DNA from: Candidatus Saccharimonadia bacterium
GTDB lineage: Bacteria > Patescibacteriota > Saccharimonadia > CAILAD01 > BJGX01
Direction of reading: 5' to 3'
NCBI GenBank assembly: GCA_044234435.1
Contig: JBIIIT010000001.1
Coordinates: 1 to 51,262, forward strand
DNA length: 51,262 nucleotides
In this document: positions 1 to 8,270 of the stretch, piece by piece
Layout of the letters: each line of letters starts with the position of its first letter
Position numbering within the stretch: the stretch's first letter is position 1
Made by a program: the position numbers and the translations under genes
Notes under the pieces: generated by a model
What the model was told of the DNA's origin: nothing
The model's database searches: none
The model's input: the letters and a program-made list of their open reading frames with translations, nothing else

Positions 1-162
1 CTCATCGGTGCCGGTCAAAAAGAAGGAATCGCGCCCACGGTTTTTATAATATCTTGCCAAAGTATCGGCCTCAAACAATTCCATTGCATAGCCGATATGT
101 GGCTTTGCATTGGCGTAAGCTATAGAAGTTGTGACATAGTAACTATTTTTCTTTTGAATCAT
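1..162 (-). CDS. metG: methionine--tRNA ligase, N-terminal fragment (gene continues past the left edge)
   Basis: Hand translation of the minus strand from the ATG at 162-160 gives MIQKKNSYYVTTSIAYANAKPHIGYAMELFEADTLARYYKNRGRDSFFLTGTDE. It has a class-I HIGH-type motif (PHIGY) followed by LTGTDE, as in Bacillus-type MetRS N-termini. The in-window part is too short to appear in the ORF track. It overlaps the stop of the upstream gene by 20 nt. Confidence 0.6.
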   Translation of the reverse strand, partial: MIQKKNSYYVTTSIAYANAKPHIGYAMELFEADTLARYYKNRGRDSFFLTGTDE

Positions 163-2059
163 TTGCAGTATCTTTTTTCTTTTTAGAATTATTGTTACGT
201 AATTTTACCATTGTCAGTATTAAAATAACAGATATGATTGAGACCAATACAAGTACCATTGGCAAATAATTATTGGTTATATTTGAGCTTGCTAAAGCAC
301 CTGAAGAAATAGGATCAATTAATTCGATCTTGCTAAAAGAGGAAAAAGAAAGCCCTAGGTTCCAGGCCGTACCTTTTAATAACTCAGAGGGCGCCAAGGT
401 CTTGGTAAGAACAATTTTATCTCTGGCAGAAATAAACTTAACTTTAGCATCAAATATTGTGGCATTACTTGGGGAGTTTACTTGGTATGATGTAAACGAA
501 ATAAAAGGTAGAATTGTCCAATTTGTGGCATTAATCTTAGCATCATTGGAAACTTTAGGGATTTCGGTTGTGTAAGAAAGCTGAACATTTTCATACTGGT
601 AGTTTGTGTCCAAACCAGCCTTAGTTACAGCAACTGGCTCGGAATCATTTTCGCCCCAAATTGCAAAGGCAAGATGATCTATATCGCTGATTCCGAAATT
701 ATTAAATTTCTCTCCCCAGGTTGGATCTAAATTAATCCAGCCATTACCTGGAATGTAAACCTGCACCCAAGAGTGAAGCGAATCGCTGACGCTCTTTGAT
801 TTTTTCAAATCACCAGAATAAGCGTATCCCACGGGCATACGAGCTGGTATTCCAGCTGCCCTAAGAAGAGATATTGTAAGATCCGAATACTCTAAACACA
901 CTACATTATTTGGATTATTTAAAGCCTCAAGGCCACCTTGTCTAATATTATATTTTATTTTTTCGTTGTTATAATTTAGGGTTTTTAATACATAGTCATT
1001 AATAGACTTTACTTTATCTATCACAAGGGACTTGTCGGCTGTTAACTCGTTGGCTTTTTGTTTAATCTGATTATTATCAGCAGGCCAATACTTTGTTGCT
1101 TTTGTGTAATTTGCTCTTATTGGCTGAGGAATATCTTTTATGTCTCCGCTCTTTGTAAAATCATATTGTATATACCTAACGTCAGCCAGCACATCCGCCT
1201 TGATGTCCAATTTCTGATTTGCCTCGAGTTTGTACTTAGCAATTACATTGCCATCTCCATCCACTCTAGTTGAAATTGGAGCAGGATCAATTCTTTCCAA
1301 AAATGAACTTTGCGATTCTGTGCTAGGCGGCAACGCTATCTCAAAGTCCTTTGTACTACTAGTGTCGTTCACTAAAGGATAAATAAAGTTTGCTTTGTAC
1401 GTTGTGGAGTCTCCAAAAAGCAGCTGGACTGAATTGTTAAAAAGGTCATCTTTGGAAAAGCTGAAAGTCTTTGTGCTGGCTGTCTGGCTGGTTAGCTTAG
1501 GCAATTTACCGAACCCATGAACCTGACCATAATCATTGGGTACGGTTAGAGTAACATTATATTCATCTCGATTCTCGGCTGAAACACCAGGGATATAAAC
1601 AACATTAGCTCGACCTTTATTCTCGACAATATCCGGGGTGCTGTATTGAATAATAAAGCTCCAATTTAAGCCCTGCCCAACATTGGCCCTATTGAAGTTA
1701 ACCTTTATTTCTGTGTAGTCATAACTAAAACCGACGCTCTCTCTTGTGATTTTCGCAGTTTCGTATGGGATTGAGCTGCCATTTGAATAGTAAACTTGAA
1801 TAGAATTAATATTTGCGCTCGGGGTCGATACCCTAATACTATCCAAATATTGAGTTCCAGTGTTATTGGTAATATTGTAAGTTTCTTTAACTAATGTGTT
1901 GCCATCATTTCTGACTAGATAGTTAACATCGATATTATAATTAAAATTTTCAGAGGCTCGTGCTTTAGTTAGGCTAAATAAAAAGCTTAGTGAAATTATG
2001 GTCAGCAATAATATTGCTACCAGAAAAGTTTTTTTCATCTTTTTGAATCTGAAAAGCAT
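143..2059 (-). CDS. membrane-anchored transglutaminase-like (cysteine protease fold) surface protein
   Basis: 638-aa ORF. It has an N-terminal signal/TM segment (FLVAILLLTIISLSFLF) and a C-terminal TM followed by a Lys-rich tail. The transglutaminase-core Cys/His/Asp context is present: VVCLEYSDLTISLLRAAGIPAR ... SLHSWVQVYIPGNGWINLDPTWG. Confidence 0.7.
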   Translation of the reverse strand: MLFRFKKMKKTFLVAILLLTIISLSFLFSLTKARASENFNYNIDVNYLVRNDGNTLVKETYNITNNTGTQYLDSIRVSTPSANINSIQVYYSNGSSIPYETAKITRESVGFSYDYTEIKVNFNRANVGQGLNWSFIIQYSTPDIVENKGRANVVYIPGVSAENRDEYNVTLTVPNDYGQVHGFGKLPKLTSQTASTKTFSFSKDDLFNNSVQLLFGDSTTYKANFIYPLVNDTSSTKDFEIALPPSTESQSSFLERIDPAPISTRVDGDGNVIAKYKLEANQKLDIKADVLADVRYIQYDFTKSGDIKDIPQPIRANYTKATKYWPADNNQIKQKANELTADKSLVIDKVKSINDYVLKTLNYNNEKIKYNIRQGGLEALNNPNNVVCLEYSDLTISLLRAAGIPARMPVGYAYSGDLKKSKSVSDSLHSWVQVYIPGNGWINLDPTWGEKFNNFGISDIDHLAFAIWGENDSEPVAVTKAGLDTNYQYENVQLSYTTEIPKVSNDAKINATNWTILPFISFTSYQVNSPSNATIFDAKVKFISARDKIVLTKTLAPSELLKGTAWNLGLSFSSFSKIELIDPISSGALASSNITNNYLPMVLVLVSIISVILILTMVKLRNNNSKKKKDTANDSKEK

Positions 2060-2090
2060 ATGCCTATTTTAGCATAAGCAATAGGTGTAA

Positions 2091-2876
2091 TTAGATTATT
2101 TCCGCCGACAAGCAATGATTATATAGATTCTCCCAATCTTGCATGGAAAGCTCTTGAGCTCTAGCGGTTGGAGCAATGCCGGAAGTTTCTAATAATTCTA
2201 ATACCTTTGAAGTCTCTATTCCTAAACCGCCCGCTAAGCTATTGCGCAACATCTTCCGCTTTTCACCAAAACCGGCCTTTACTAGCCTAAATAACTTTTT
2301 AGTGTCAGATTCAAATGCTGGCCTATTTAATCTAGTAATTTTTATGACTGCAGAATCAACCTTAGGGATTGGCTCAAACAATTCTTTATTTACGTCTATA
2401 ACAAATTCTGCCTTTGCATAGTATTGAACCGAAAATGCCAGAACCGACAAATCCCCTGGCTTGGCCAAAATACGCTGGGCAACCTCTTTTTGTACCAACA
2501 AGACCATTAGTTGCGGAGGATTTTGAGCTTCTAAAAGACTGCGAATTAAATTAGAAGTCAGATAATAGGGAATGTTAGCAACTACCTTGTATTTTGGGGG
2601 CATTTGGCTATAGTCAAACTTTAGTATGTCCCCCTCGATTAATTTAAAATTTACCTTGCCCTGGAATTTATTATTGAGCCTTGGCAACAAATCCCTATCA
2701 GCCTCCACGGCAACAACATTGGCACCACTATCGACAAGTTTTTGAGTGAGTGTGCCAAGTCCTGGGCCAACCTCTAATAAGTTATCTTCTTTAAAAATCT
2801 CGGCGGACTTAATGATTTCATCTAATACAAATTCATCTCTTAGCCAATTTTGACCAAAACTTTTTTTAGCTTTCAT
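2091..2876 (-). CDS. rsmA: 16S rRNA (adenine1518/1519-N6)-dimethyltransferase
   Basis: N-terminus KKSFGQNWL, SAM motif EVGPGLGTLT and the NIPYY motif. The 261-aa length is typical of KsgA/RsmA. Confidence 0.9.
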   Translation of the reverse strand: MKAKKSFGQNWLRDEFVLDEIIKSAEIFKEDNLLEVGPGLGTLTQKLVDSGANVVAVEADRDLLPRLNNKFQGKVNFKLIEGDILKFDYSQMPPKYKVVANIPYYLTSNLIRSLLEAQNPPQLMVLLVQKEVAQRILAKPGDLSVLAFSVQYYAKAEFVIDVNKELFEPIPKVDSAVIKITRLNRPAFESDTKKLFRLVKAGFGEKRKMLRNSLAGGLGIETSKVLELLETSGIAPTARAQELSMQDWENLYNHCLSAEII

Positions 2877-2891
2877 TTAGACATTTTAGAT

Positions 2892-4061
2892 CTAATTGGG
2901 GAATTTTGGTAGCCCAAGCTTAGTTGAACAGCCAGGATGCTGGCTCCAGAACCCACCTTTGCTGGCTTTGGCGTTCTTGATAACCATTTCGTCCTGTACT
3001 TGCGGGGGTGCCAAATCGGCTCGTGCATATCCAGTATTCCATCGGTTCCAGGTTGCTGCTGAGAACTGGTAAGCTCCATAATATCCATTTCCGGTATTGG
3101 CATTATAACGACCCCCTGTTTCACACATTCTTAATTTTAATAAAAGCTGAGCGTTGTCACCTACTGCATCAATTTTTGTTCCTCTGATAACTATTTTTGC
3201 GACTGCCTCTAGAGTTATTTTTTCATCTATTTTTTGTCTACTTAATTCGACAGTGCCTTTTCTATTAACAATATAGCTAACGATCTTTTCACCTTGCTTT
3301 CCTTCACTTTCGGTCAGCCTGTAAGATAATGGCTTTGTGGGGTCGTCCTTATATTGTACTTCGGGCTCTATAGCTACCCGCTCCTGAACAACATCTTGAG
3401 TTAATTTTAGAATTTTTATATTCATTCCTTTATAAATAGGGTCAGAGAAACTTAAACCGGCCAGGTCTGACTCGTTTACACTCATTCCTTTTTCCTCCAG
3501 AAGTTCACCAACTGTTTTCTTCCAAGTTCTGAACTCAAATGTTTTAGTACCTATCATCACATCCACAGGAGTCGCTCTTTCAATTTTTATTCGCTGACCA
3601 ACAACACCATCGAGCACAAAATTATCACTTCTGTCTAAACTAACTTTATCTTCATCGAAGACCTGGATTCCCGAAGCTTCTACAACTTGCCTGGGGCTGC
3701 GATAGCCGCTAAGCACTGTCACTTTTTTGTCTCCATCAATAACTAAAGAAGGATAGGCCCTATAAACATTTATATTATAAAAGGGTTGATTGAGCGGTGT
3801 TTCTGCAATTGGCTCAACTACATCACCTTTTTCGAGCTTTACACCACTAAGCCTTAAAGCCTCACCAATTGTTTTGGCATCAGTTGGTATTGTCTTTTTG
3901 TTACCATCAGCATAGATAGTGACTAATTTTTTATTTTCTGCTTTTGCGGTATTAGTAAGTGCTACTTGGGACTGCCCAAATACAACCGAAAATACAACAA
4001 AAACAAACAACGAAGAGACAGCAATCACACTCATAAATGGGTAATGCTTTTTCCCCTCCAT
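2892..4061 (-). CDS. RpfB-like resuscitation-promoting-factor / muralytic protein (TM anchor, DUF348-like repeats, G5-like region, Rpf transglycosylase-like domain)
   Basis: N-terminal TM segment (VIAVSSLFVFVVFSVVF). Repeated segments of the form V.V..DG....v.t.a.TVge.L resemble DUF348. The C-terminal CETGGRYNANTGNGYYGAYQFSAATWN ... WSQHPGCS matches the Rpf lysozyme-like domain signature. Confidence 0.75.
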   Translation of the reverse strand: MEGKKHYPFMSVIAVSSLFVFVVFSVVFGQSQVALTNTAKAENKKLVTIYADGNKKTIPTDAKTIGEALRLSGVKLEKGDVVEPIAETPLNQPFYNINVYRAYPSLVIDGDKKVTVLSGYRSPRQVVEASGIQVFDEDKVSLDRSDNFVLDGVVGQRIKIERATPVDVMIGTKTFEFRTWKKTVGELLEEKGMSVNESDLAGLSFSDPIYKGMNIKILKLTQDVVQERVAIEPEVQYKDDPTKPLSYRLTESEGKQGEKIVSYIVNRKGTVELSRQKIDEKITLEAVAKIVIRGTKIDAVGDNAQLLLKLRMCETGGRYNANTGNGYYGAYQFSAATWNRWNTGYARADLAPPQVQDEMVIKNAKASKGGFWSQHPGCSTKLGLPKFPN

Positions 4062-4179
4062 TGATAGGTTTAGTTTTTTTCTACGATATTCAGAAGTTTT
4101 ACTAAACTTAGGTAAAATAATAAGCCTCTTCGGTTAAATTAATAAAAGGCTTTTGTTTTTGTTTGTATGTACGTAGTTA

Positions 4180-4209
4180 ATTTTAGCTTTAAGCATAAGT
4201 GCTTGTCAA
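4180..4209 (-). promoter_or_regulatory. sigma70-like promoter candidate for the rpfB-like gene (TTGACA-18-TAAAAT)
   Basis: On the minus strand, TTGACA is the complement of 4204-4209 and TAAAAT is the complement of 4180-4185, with an 18-nt spacer. This would give a 5' UTR of about 110 nt. Confidence 0.4.
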
Positions 4210-4253
4210 TTTAAAAACTGAACAAAATATTAGCTCTTCAAACCTGTTAACAC

Positions 4254-6401
4254 CTACAGCTTCTTCAGGGGTGCGTATTGTAAATTAAGTGTCTTTTTCA
4301 TTCCCGATTCAAAGCTGACATCCACCTCGGCACCCGAAACAGACAGCACCTTACCTTGGCCAAATGCCGGATGCATCACATTATCTCCTACTGCAACCTG
4401 AGCAATTTCTACTTCATCTGGAAAGTCGCTATCAAATGCTTCGCGTCTACTATCAGACAGAACTGAGCCCATTGATCCTATCGGCTCTTCGACCATTTCG
4501 ACAGGAATGTCCGAAATAAACCTTGAGGGAACATTGTGCTGAGTATTTCCATAAAGCATTCGAGACGATGCATTAAGCATATATAACTGCTGCTTAGCTC
4601 TAGTCATACCTACGTAGCAAAGACGCCTTTCTTCCTCTAGTTCGTCGGGCTCAAAGAATGTACGTGAGTGTGGAAACACCCCTTCTTCCATTCCGGCCAT
4701 AAAAACCACTTCAAACTCCAGCCCCTTTGCTGAATGAAGAGTCATAAGACTAACCGAATCTTTCATGCCATCATGCGAATCCAGATCCGAAACTAATGCC
4801 ACTTCTGTTAGGAAAGTTTCTAAGTCCAAGTCTTTGTAAACTTTAGCAACCCCCAAAAGCTCTTGAATATTTTCCACTCTATCTTCGGCAGATATTGTTC
4901 CGTCCTGCAAATAGCCAATATAATCTATTCTTTTTATAAGCGCATCCATCAAATCATAAACGTTCATATCTTGTTTAGATTTGAGATCCAAAAGTATCCC
5001 GCCTACAATCTCTATTTCTTTTAAGGCTTTGCCTCTTAGGCCAGGTATAACGCTAGGATTTGCAAGGGTCTCCAGTACATCTGGCTCGTACTTTTCTAAA
5101 TAATCAATTATTGAGGCAATGCTTTTTGCACCAACACCTCGCGTTGGGACATTTAATATTCGGGTAAGACTAACTAAGTCATTAGGTTGAAATATCACTC
5201 GCATATAGGCAAGAATGTCCTTTACTTCGCGCCTGTCGTAGAACCTGGTTCCGCCAACCACTTGATATGGGATATTGTAGCGCAGAAAACTTTCTTCCAA
5301 ACTTCGCGATTGAGCGTTGGTCCGATAAAGTACTGCAAAATCACTCAATCTTAAATCAGGGTTAATGCCGCGCAATCTTTCGATTGTTTGAATTATTGTT
5401 CTTCCCTCAGCCATTTCGTCTTGCACAGACAAAACATGTACTTTTTCACCCAGACCTAAATCGGTCCAAAGCTTTTTACTACTTCGGGATAGGTTTTTAG
5501 TTATCACTGAATGTGCGGCATCTAGTATCATTTGCGTAGAGCGGTAGTTCTGCTCGAGTTTGATCACTTTTGCGCTTGGATAATCAGACTCAAAATTTAG
5601 TATGTTCTGGTAATTTGCTCCGCGCCAAGAATAAATGCTCTGCCAGTCATCGCCCACCACGCATAGATTACTATGTTTCTTGGCAAGCAATTTAATAAGC
5701 TCATATTGCGCGTGGTTGGTATCTTGATACTCATCCACCAAAATATATTGAAATTGGTTCTGGTATTTTTCTAAAATATCATGCTCGTTCTTGAACAGTT
5801 TTACCAACTCCATAATAAGATCATCAAAATCAAAAGCCTTAGCCTTTCGAAGTTCCCTTTGGTAGATTGGATAAACTTCGGCAGCCATAAGCTGAAGCTG
5901 ATTCGAAGCCATGCTGCGATATTTTTCTGGTCCAATCAGTTCATTTTTAGCTGATGATATAACCCAAGCAATTCCTGAAGGAGTAATAGCTTTATCGCTA
6001 ACGTGCATACTCTTTAATATCTTTTTAATAAGTGCCTGAGAATCACCCGAATCGTAGATTAAAAAGTTACTGCCCATACCAACCCGCTCGGCTTCACGCC
6101 TGAGGATTCGATTGGCTATGGAGTGAAACGTGCCTAAAAAGGGGATTGGGTTTGCTCCGGCTTCATCGAAGCCAAGAAGGCGAGATACTCTGGAGCGCAT
6201 TTCGCCAGCGGCCTTGTTGGTAAAAGTAACTGCCAGGATATTGGATGGCGGGATTTTGCGTTCAGATATCAAATAGGCAATTCGGTGAGTGAGAGTCTTA
6301 GTTTTTCCACTACCAGCTCCAGCCAGCATAAGGATGGGTCCTTCGGTCGTTTCAACTGCTTCTGCTTGAGACTTGTTTAATCCTTCAAATAATTTACTCA
6401 T
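4254..6401 (-). CDS. pcrA: ATP-dependent DNA helicase PcrA/UvrD family
   Basis: Walker A AGAGSGKT near the N-terminus, DEYQDT (motif II), and YRS/QNYRST and VGMTRAK motifs. 715 aa. Confidence 0.9.
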   Translation of the reverse strand: MSKLFEGLNKSQAEAVETTEGPILMLAGAGSGKTKTLTHRIAYLISERKIPPSNILAVTFTNKAAGEMRSRVSRLLGFDEAGANPIPFLGTFHSIANRILRREAERVGMGSNFLIYDSGDSQALIKKILKSMHVSDKAITPSGIAWVISSAKNELIGPEKYRSMASNQLQLMAAEVYPIYQRELRKAKAFDFDDLIMELVKLFKNEHDILEKYQNQFQYILVDEYQDTNHAQYELIKLLAKKHSNLCVVGDDWQSIYSWRGANYQNILNFESDYPSAKVIKLEQNYRSTQMILDAAHSVITKNLSRSSKKLWTDLGLGEKVHVLSVQDEMAEGRTIIQTIERLRGINPDLRLSDFAVLYRTNAQSRSLEESFLRYNIPYQVVGGTRFYDRREVKDILAYMRVIFQPNDLVSLTRILNVPTRGVGAKSIASIIDYLEKYEPDVLETLANPSVIPGLRGKALKEIEIVGGILLDLKSKQDMNVYDLMDALIKRIDYIGYLQDGTISAEDRVENIQELLGVAKVYKDLDLETFLTEVALVSDLDSHDGMKDSVSLMTLHSAKGLEFEVVFMAGMEEGVFPHSRTFFEPDELEEERRLCYVGMTRAKQQLYMLNASSRMLYGNTQHNVPSRFISDIPVEMVEEPIGSMGSVLSDSRREAFDSDFPDEVEIAQVAVGDNVMHPAFGQGKVLSVSGAEVDVSFESGMKKTLNLQYAPLKKL

Positions 6402-6447
6402 TTATATATCATACACTGTAAGACTAATAGATTTAAGCATAAACACA

Positions 6448-6476
6448 TTGACTTTTTATACTTTTTATGGTAATAT
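6448..6476 (+). promoter_or_regulatory. sigma70-like promoter (TTGACT-17-TAATAT) driving the high-GC ORF
   Basis: TTGACT at 6448-6453, a 17-nt spacer, and TAATAT at 6471-6476. The GC content jumps immediately downstream of the -10 box. Confidence 0.5.
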
Positions 6477-6523
6477 ATAGGTCTTCTGGACAACCCTGTC
6501 TGGATGGAGCAAGGAGAAATACC

Positions 6524-6886
6524 TTGAAGGCAAGCAAGAAGAAGGCGATCATCGCCGCCCTCCTGACGGCCTGTGCTGTGTTGGCACTGATCATGGGAGG
6601 CATGGGCTCGTCGGCCTCGGCCGGTGGCTACAGTGGTGTCTCGACCGTCGCACTGCGGCAGGTCGAGGAGCTGTCGGGTCAGGCGAAGCTTGCAGTCAAG
6701 ATCTGCAACGTGTCGTCAGACGCTCGGCGCAGCTCCCTCATCAACAAGTTCGAGCGTCGTAAGTTCGAGCTCGACCTTGAGCTTGACCGTCTCGGCTACC
6801 CCTTCCAGTCGCCGATGCTCACCGAGTTCATGAACTCTCTTACGGTCGAGGGCAAGTGCCCGGCACCCGCCGGCGCCCTCGGCTAA
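6524..6886 (+). CDS. small secreted or membrane-anchored protein of unknown function, encoded in a high-GC island
   Basis: TTG start at 6524, preceded by AAGGAG (6511-6516) with a 7-nt spacer. The track's ATG at 6467 lies inside the predicted promoter spacer. The N-terminus (L/M)KASKKKAIIAALLTACAVLALIMGGMGSSASA-GG looks like a Sec signal with an ASA cleavage site, and LTAC is also lipobox-like. The mature part has two Cys. Third codon positions are overwhelmingly G/C in this frame. A GC-rich hairpin terminator follows. Confidence 0.65.
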   Translation: MKASKKKAIIAALLTACAVLALIMGGMGSSASAGGYSGVSTVALRQVEELSGQAKLAVKICNVSSDARRSSLINKFERRKFELDLELDRLGYPFQSPMLTEFMNSLTVEGKCPAPAGALG

Positions 6887-6890
6887 CTCA

Positions 6891-6940
6891 AGGCCCCGCA
6901 CATTCCACAACGTCGTGGATTGTAGCGGGGCCTCTCTTTT
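6891..6940 (+). terminator. rho-independent terminator (GC-rich stem AGGCCCCGC...GCGGGGCCT followed by CTCTCTTTT)
   Basis: Inverted repeat 6891-6899 / 6925-6933 with an inner TCCAC/GTGGA pairing, followed by a T-rich run. It starts 5 nt after the TAA stop at 6884-6886. Confidence 0.7.
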
Positions 6941-6948
6941 ATATGCAA

Positions 6949-7473
6949 TTATTGCTTCTTTGCTAGCTCGATACTATCTAAAACAACCTTCTTGGCAGCC
7001 TCGGCGTCTCCCCATCCATCAAAACTCACAGGGCTACCAGTCCATCCCTTTTTCCAGTCCTTGTAGTGAGCATAAAAATGCTCAATAACCTTCTGGAAAT
7101 TTTCTCCTAAGTCTTTAAGGTCTTTAATGTGATCCTTGCTTACATCATCGGCCGGTACACAAATTAGCTTTTCGTCTTTTTCTCCATCATCAATCATGTA
7201 TAAGACGCCAATTGGCCGAGCGGGCACAACGGTTCCGTGCGGCACTGATTCGTCAATTATCAATAGTCCGTCTAGAGGATCGCCATCCTCACACATTGTG
7301 CCGGGCACATAGCCATAGTCGCTAGGGTATCCAAGTGCAGTTCCGTTTACTCGATCTAAAAATAACCTTCCGGTTTCCTTATCGAATTCATACTTGTTCT
7401 TTTCGCCTTTACGAATTTCAATTACCAAATTTACAATTTCTGGTGATTTTTCACCATAGCTGAGTTCAGTCAT
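6949..7473 (-). CDS. ppa: inorganic pyrophosphatase (family I)
   Basis: 174 aa, with DGDPLDGLLI and a YE.DK...L.LDR-type N-terminus typical of soluble PPase. Confidence 0.9.
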   Translation of the reverse strand: MTELSYGEKSPEIVNLVIEIRKGEKNKYEFDKETGRLFLDRVNGTALGYPSDYGYVPGTMCEDGDPLDGLLIIDESVPHGTVVPARPIGVLYMIDDGEKDEKLICVPADDVSKDHIKDLKDLGENFQKVIEHFYAHYKDWKKGWTGSPVSFDGWGDAEAAKKVVLDSIELAKKQ

Positions 7474-7514
7474 TATTTCTCCTTAGTTTTATGAGTACAT
7501 TATAAACCTGGAAT

Positions 7515-8270
7515 TTAATTATTTCCAGATTGAAGCTGACATATTTTGCTAAACTGCCGGTAATTCAAGCTCGCACCCCCCACCAAAAGTCCATCGCAAT
7601 TTTCAGCATTCAAATATGCCGAAGCGTTGTCGCTATTCACGCTACCTCCATAAAGAAGCTTGATGCCCACAACTACCCTGGCTTGGTATTTATTTATTAA
7701 AAATCGACGAATTACCTGCATCATCTTCTCAACATCATGTGTACTGGCGTTCTCGCCGGTGCCTATAGCCCAAACCGGCTCATAGGCAATGACTACTTTT
7801 GAAACTTCTTTGGAAGTAATTTCTGATAAATCGGCCTCCAATTGATCAGTGACAGTTCGTTGCGCCAAGCCTTCTTCTCGTTGATGTAGGTTTTCACCAA
7901 CACACAAAATTGGAATTATGCCGTTTCTGATTGCAGCCGCAACCTTTAGAGAAATTAACTCGTTTGTCTCGCCAAAATGAATACGCCTTTCTGAATGGCC
8001 AATAATACAATACTCAGCCATCCCCTTAATCATTGGGCCGCTGACTTCACCCGTATAAGCCCCTTCATCTTTATCGTTTATATTTTGTGCGCCTATTTTG
8101 AATTTGGAATGATAAGCTTTTGCACTGACCAGCTCCAGGCTTATAAAATTTGGGCATAGAACAACTTCTGCCGACGGTTTTTGAATGTGTTTTTGTAACC
8201 TCTCTAAAAGGGTAAGTGACTGCTTAACATTCAAATTCATCTTCCAATTGCCGACAATGAGTTTTTTCAT
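7515..8270 (-). CDS. tpiA: triosephosphate isomerase
   Basis: Motifs GNWKMN, IIGHSERR and AYEPVWAIGTG. Confidence 0.92.
   Translation of the reverse strand: MKKLIVGNWKMNLNVKQSLTLLERLQKHIQKPSAEVVLCPNFISLELVSAKAYHSKFKIGAQNINDKDEGAYTGEVSGPMIKGMAEYCIIGHSERRIHFGETNELISLKVAAAIRNGIIPILCVGENLHQREEGLAQRTVTDQLEADLSEITSKEVSKVVIAYEPVWAIGTGENASTHDVEKMMQVIRRFLINKYQARVVVGIKLLYGGSVNSDNASAYLNAENCDGLLVGGASLNYRQFSKICQLQSGNN

Noticed and set aside
4062-4179. A ydaO / cyclic-di-AMP riboswitch in the leader of the rpfB-like gene.
   Set aside because: I looked for it because actinobacterial rpf genes carry one. I could not find the conserved ydaO sequence blocks by eye, and only short AT-rich hairpins are present. 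A covariance-model scan is needed for a definitive answer.
6467-6523. The ATG at 6467 as the start of the high-GC ORF (139-aa version in the ORF track).
   Set aside because: The ATG lies inside the spacer of the best promoter (its -10 box is at 6471-6476). The first 19 codons are not signal-peptide-like and have no SD. The TTG at 6524 has AAGGAG at ideal spacing and starts a classic n-region.
6624-6910. ORFs 6624-6833 (+) and 6716-6910 (-) inside the GC-rich island.
   Set aside because: They are Arg/Ser/Ala-rich shadow frames of the kind high-GC coding DNA generates. They have no SD, and their third positions are not GC-biased in the way the 6524-6886 frame is.
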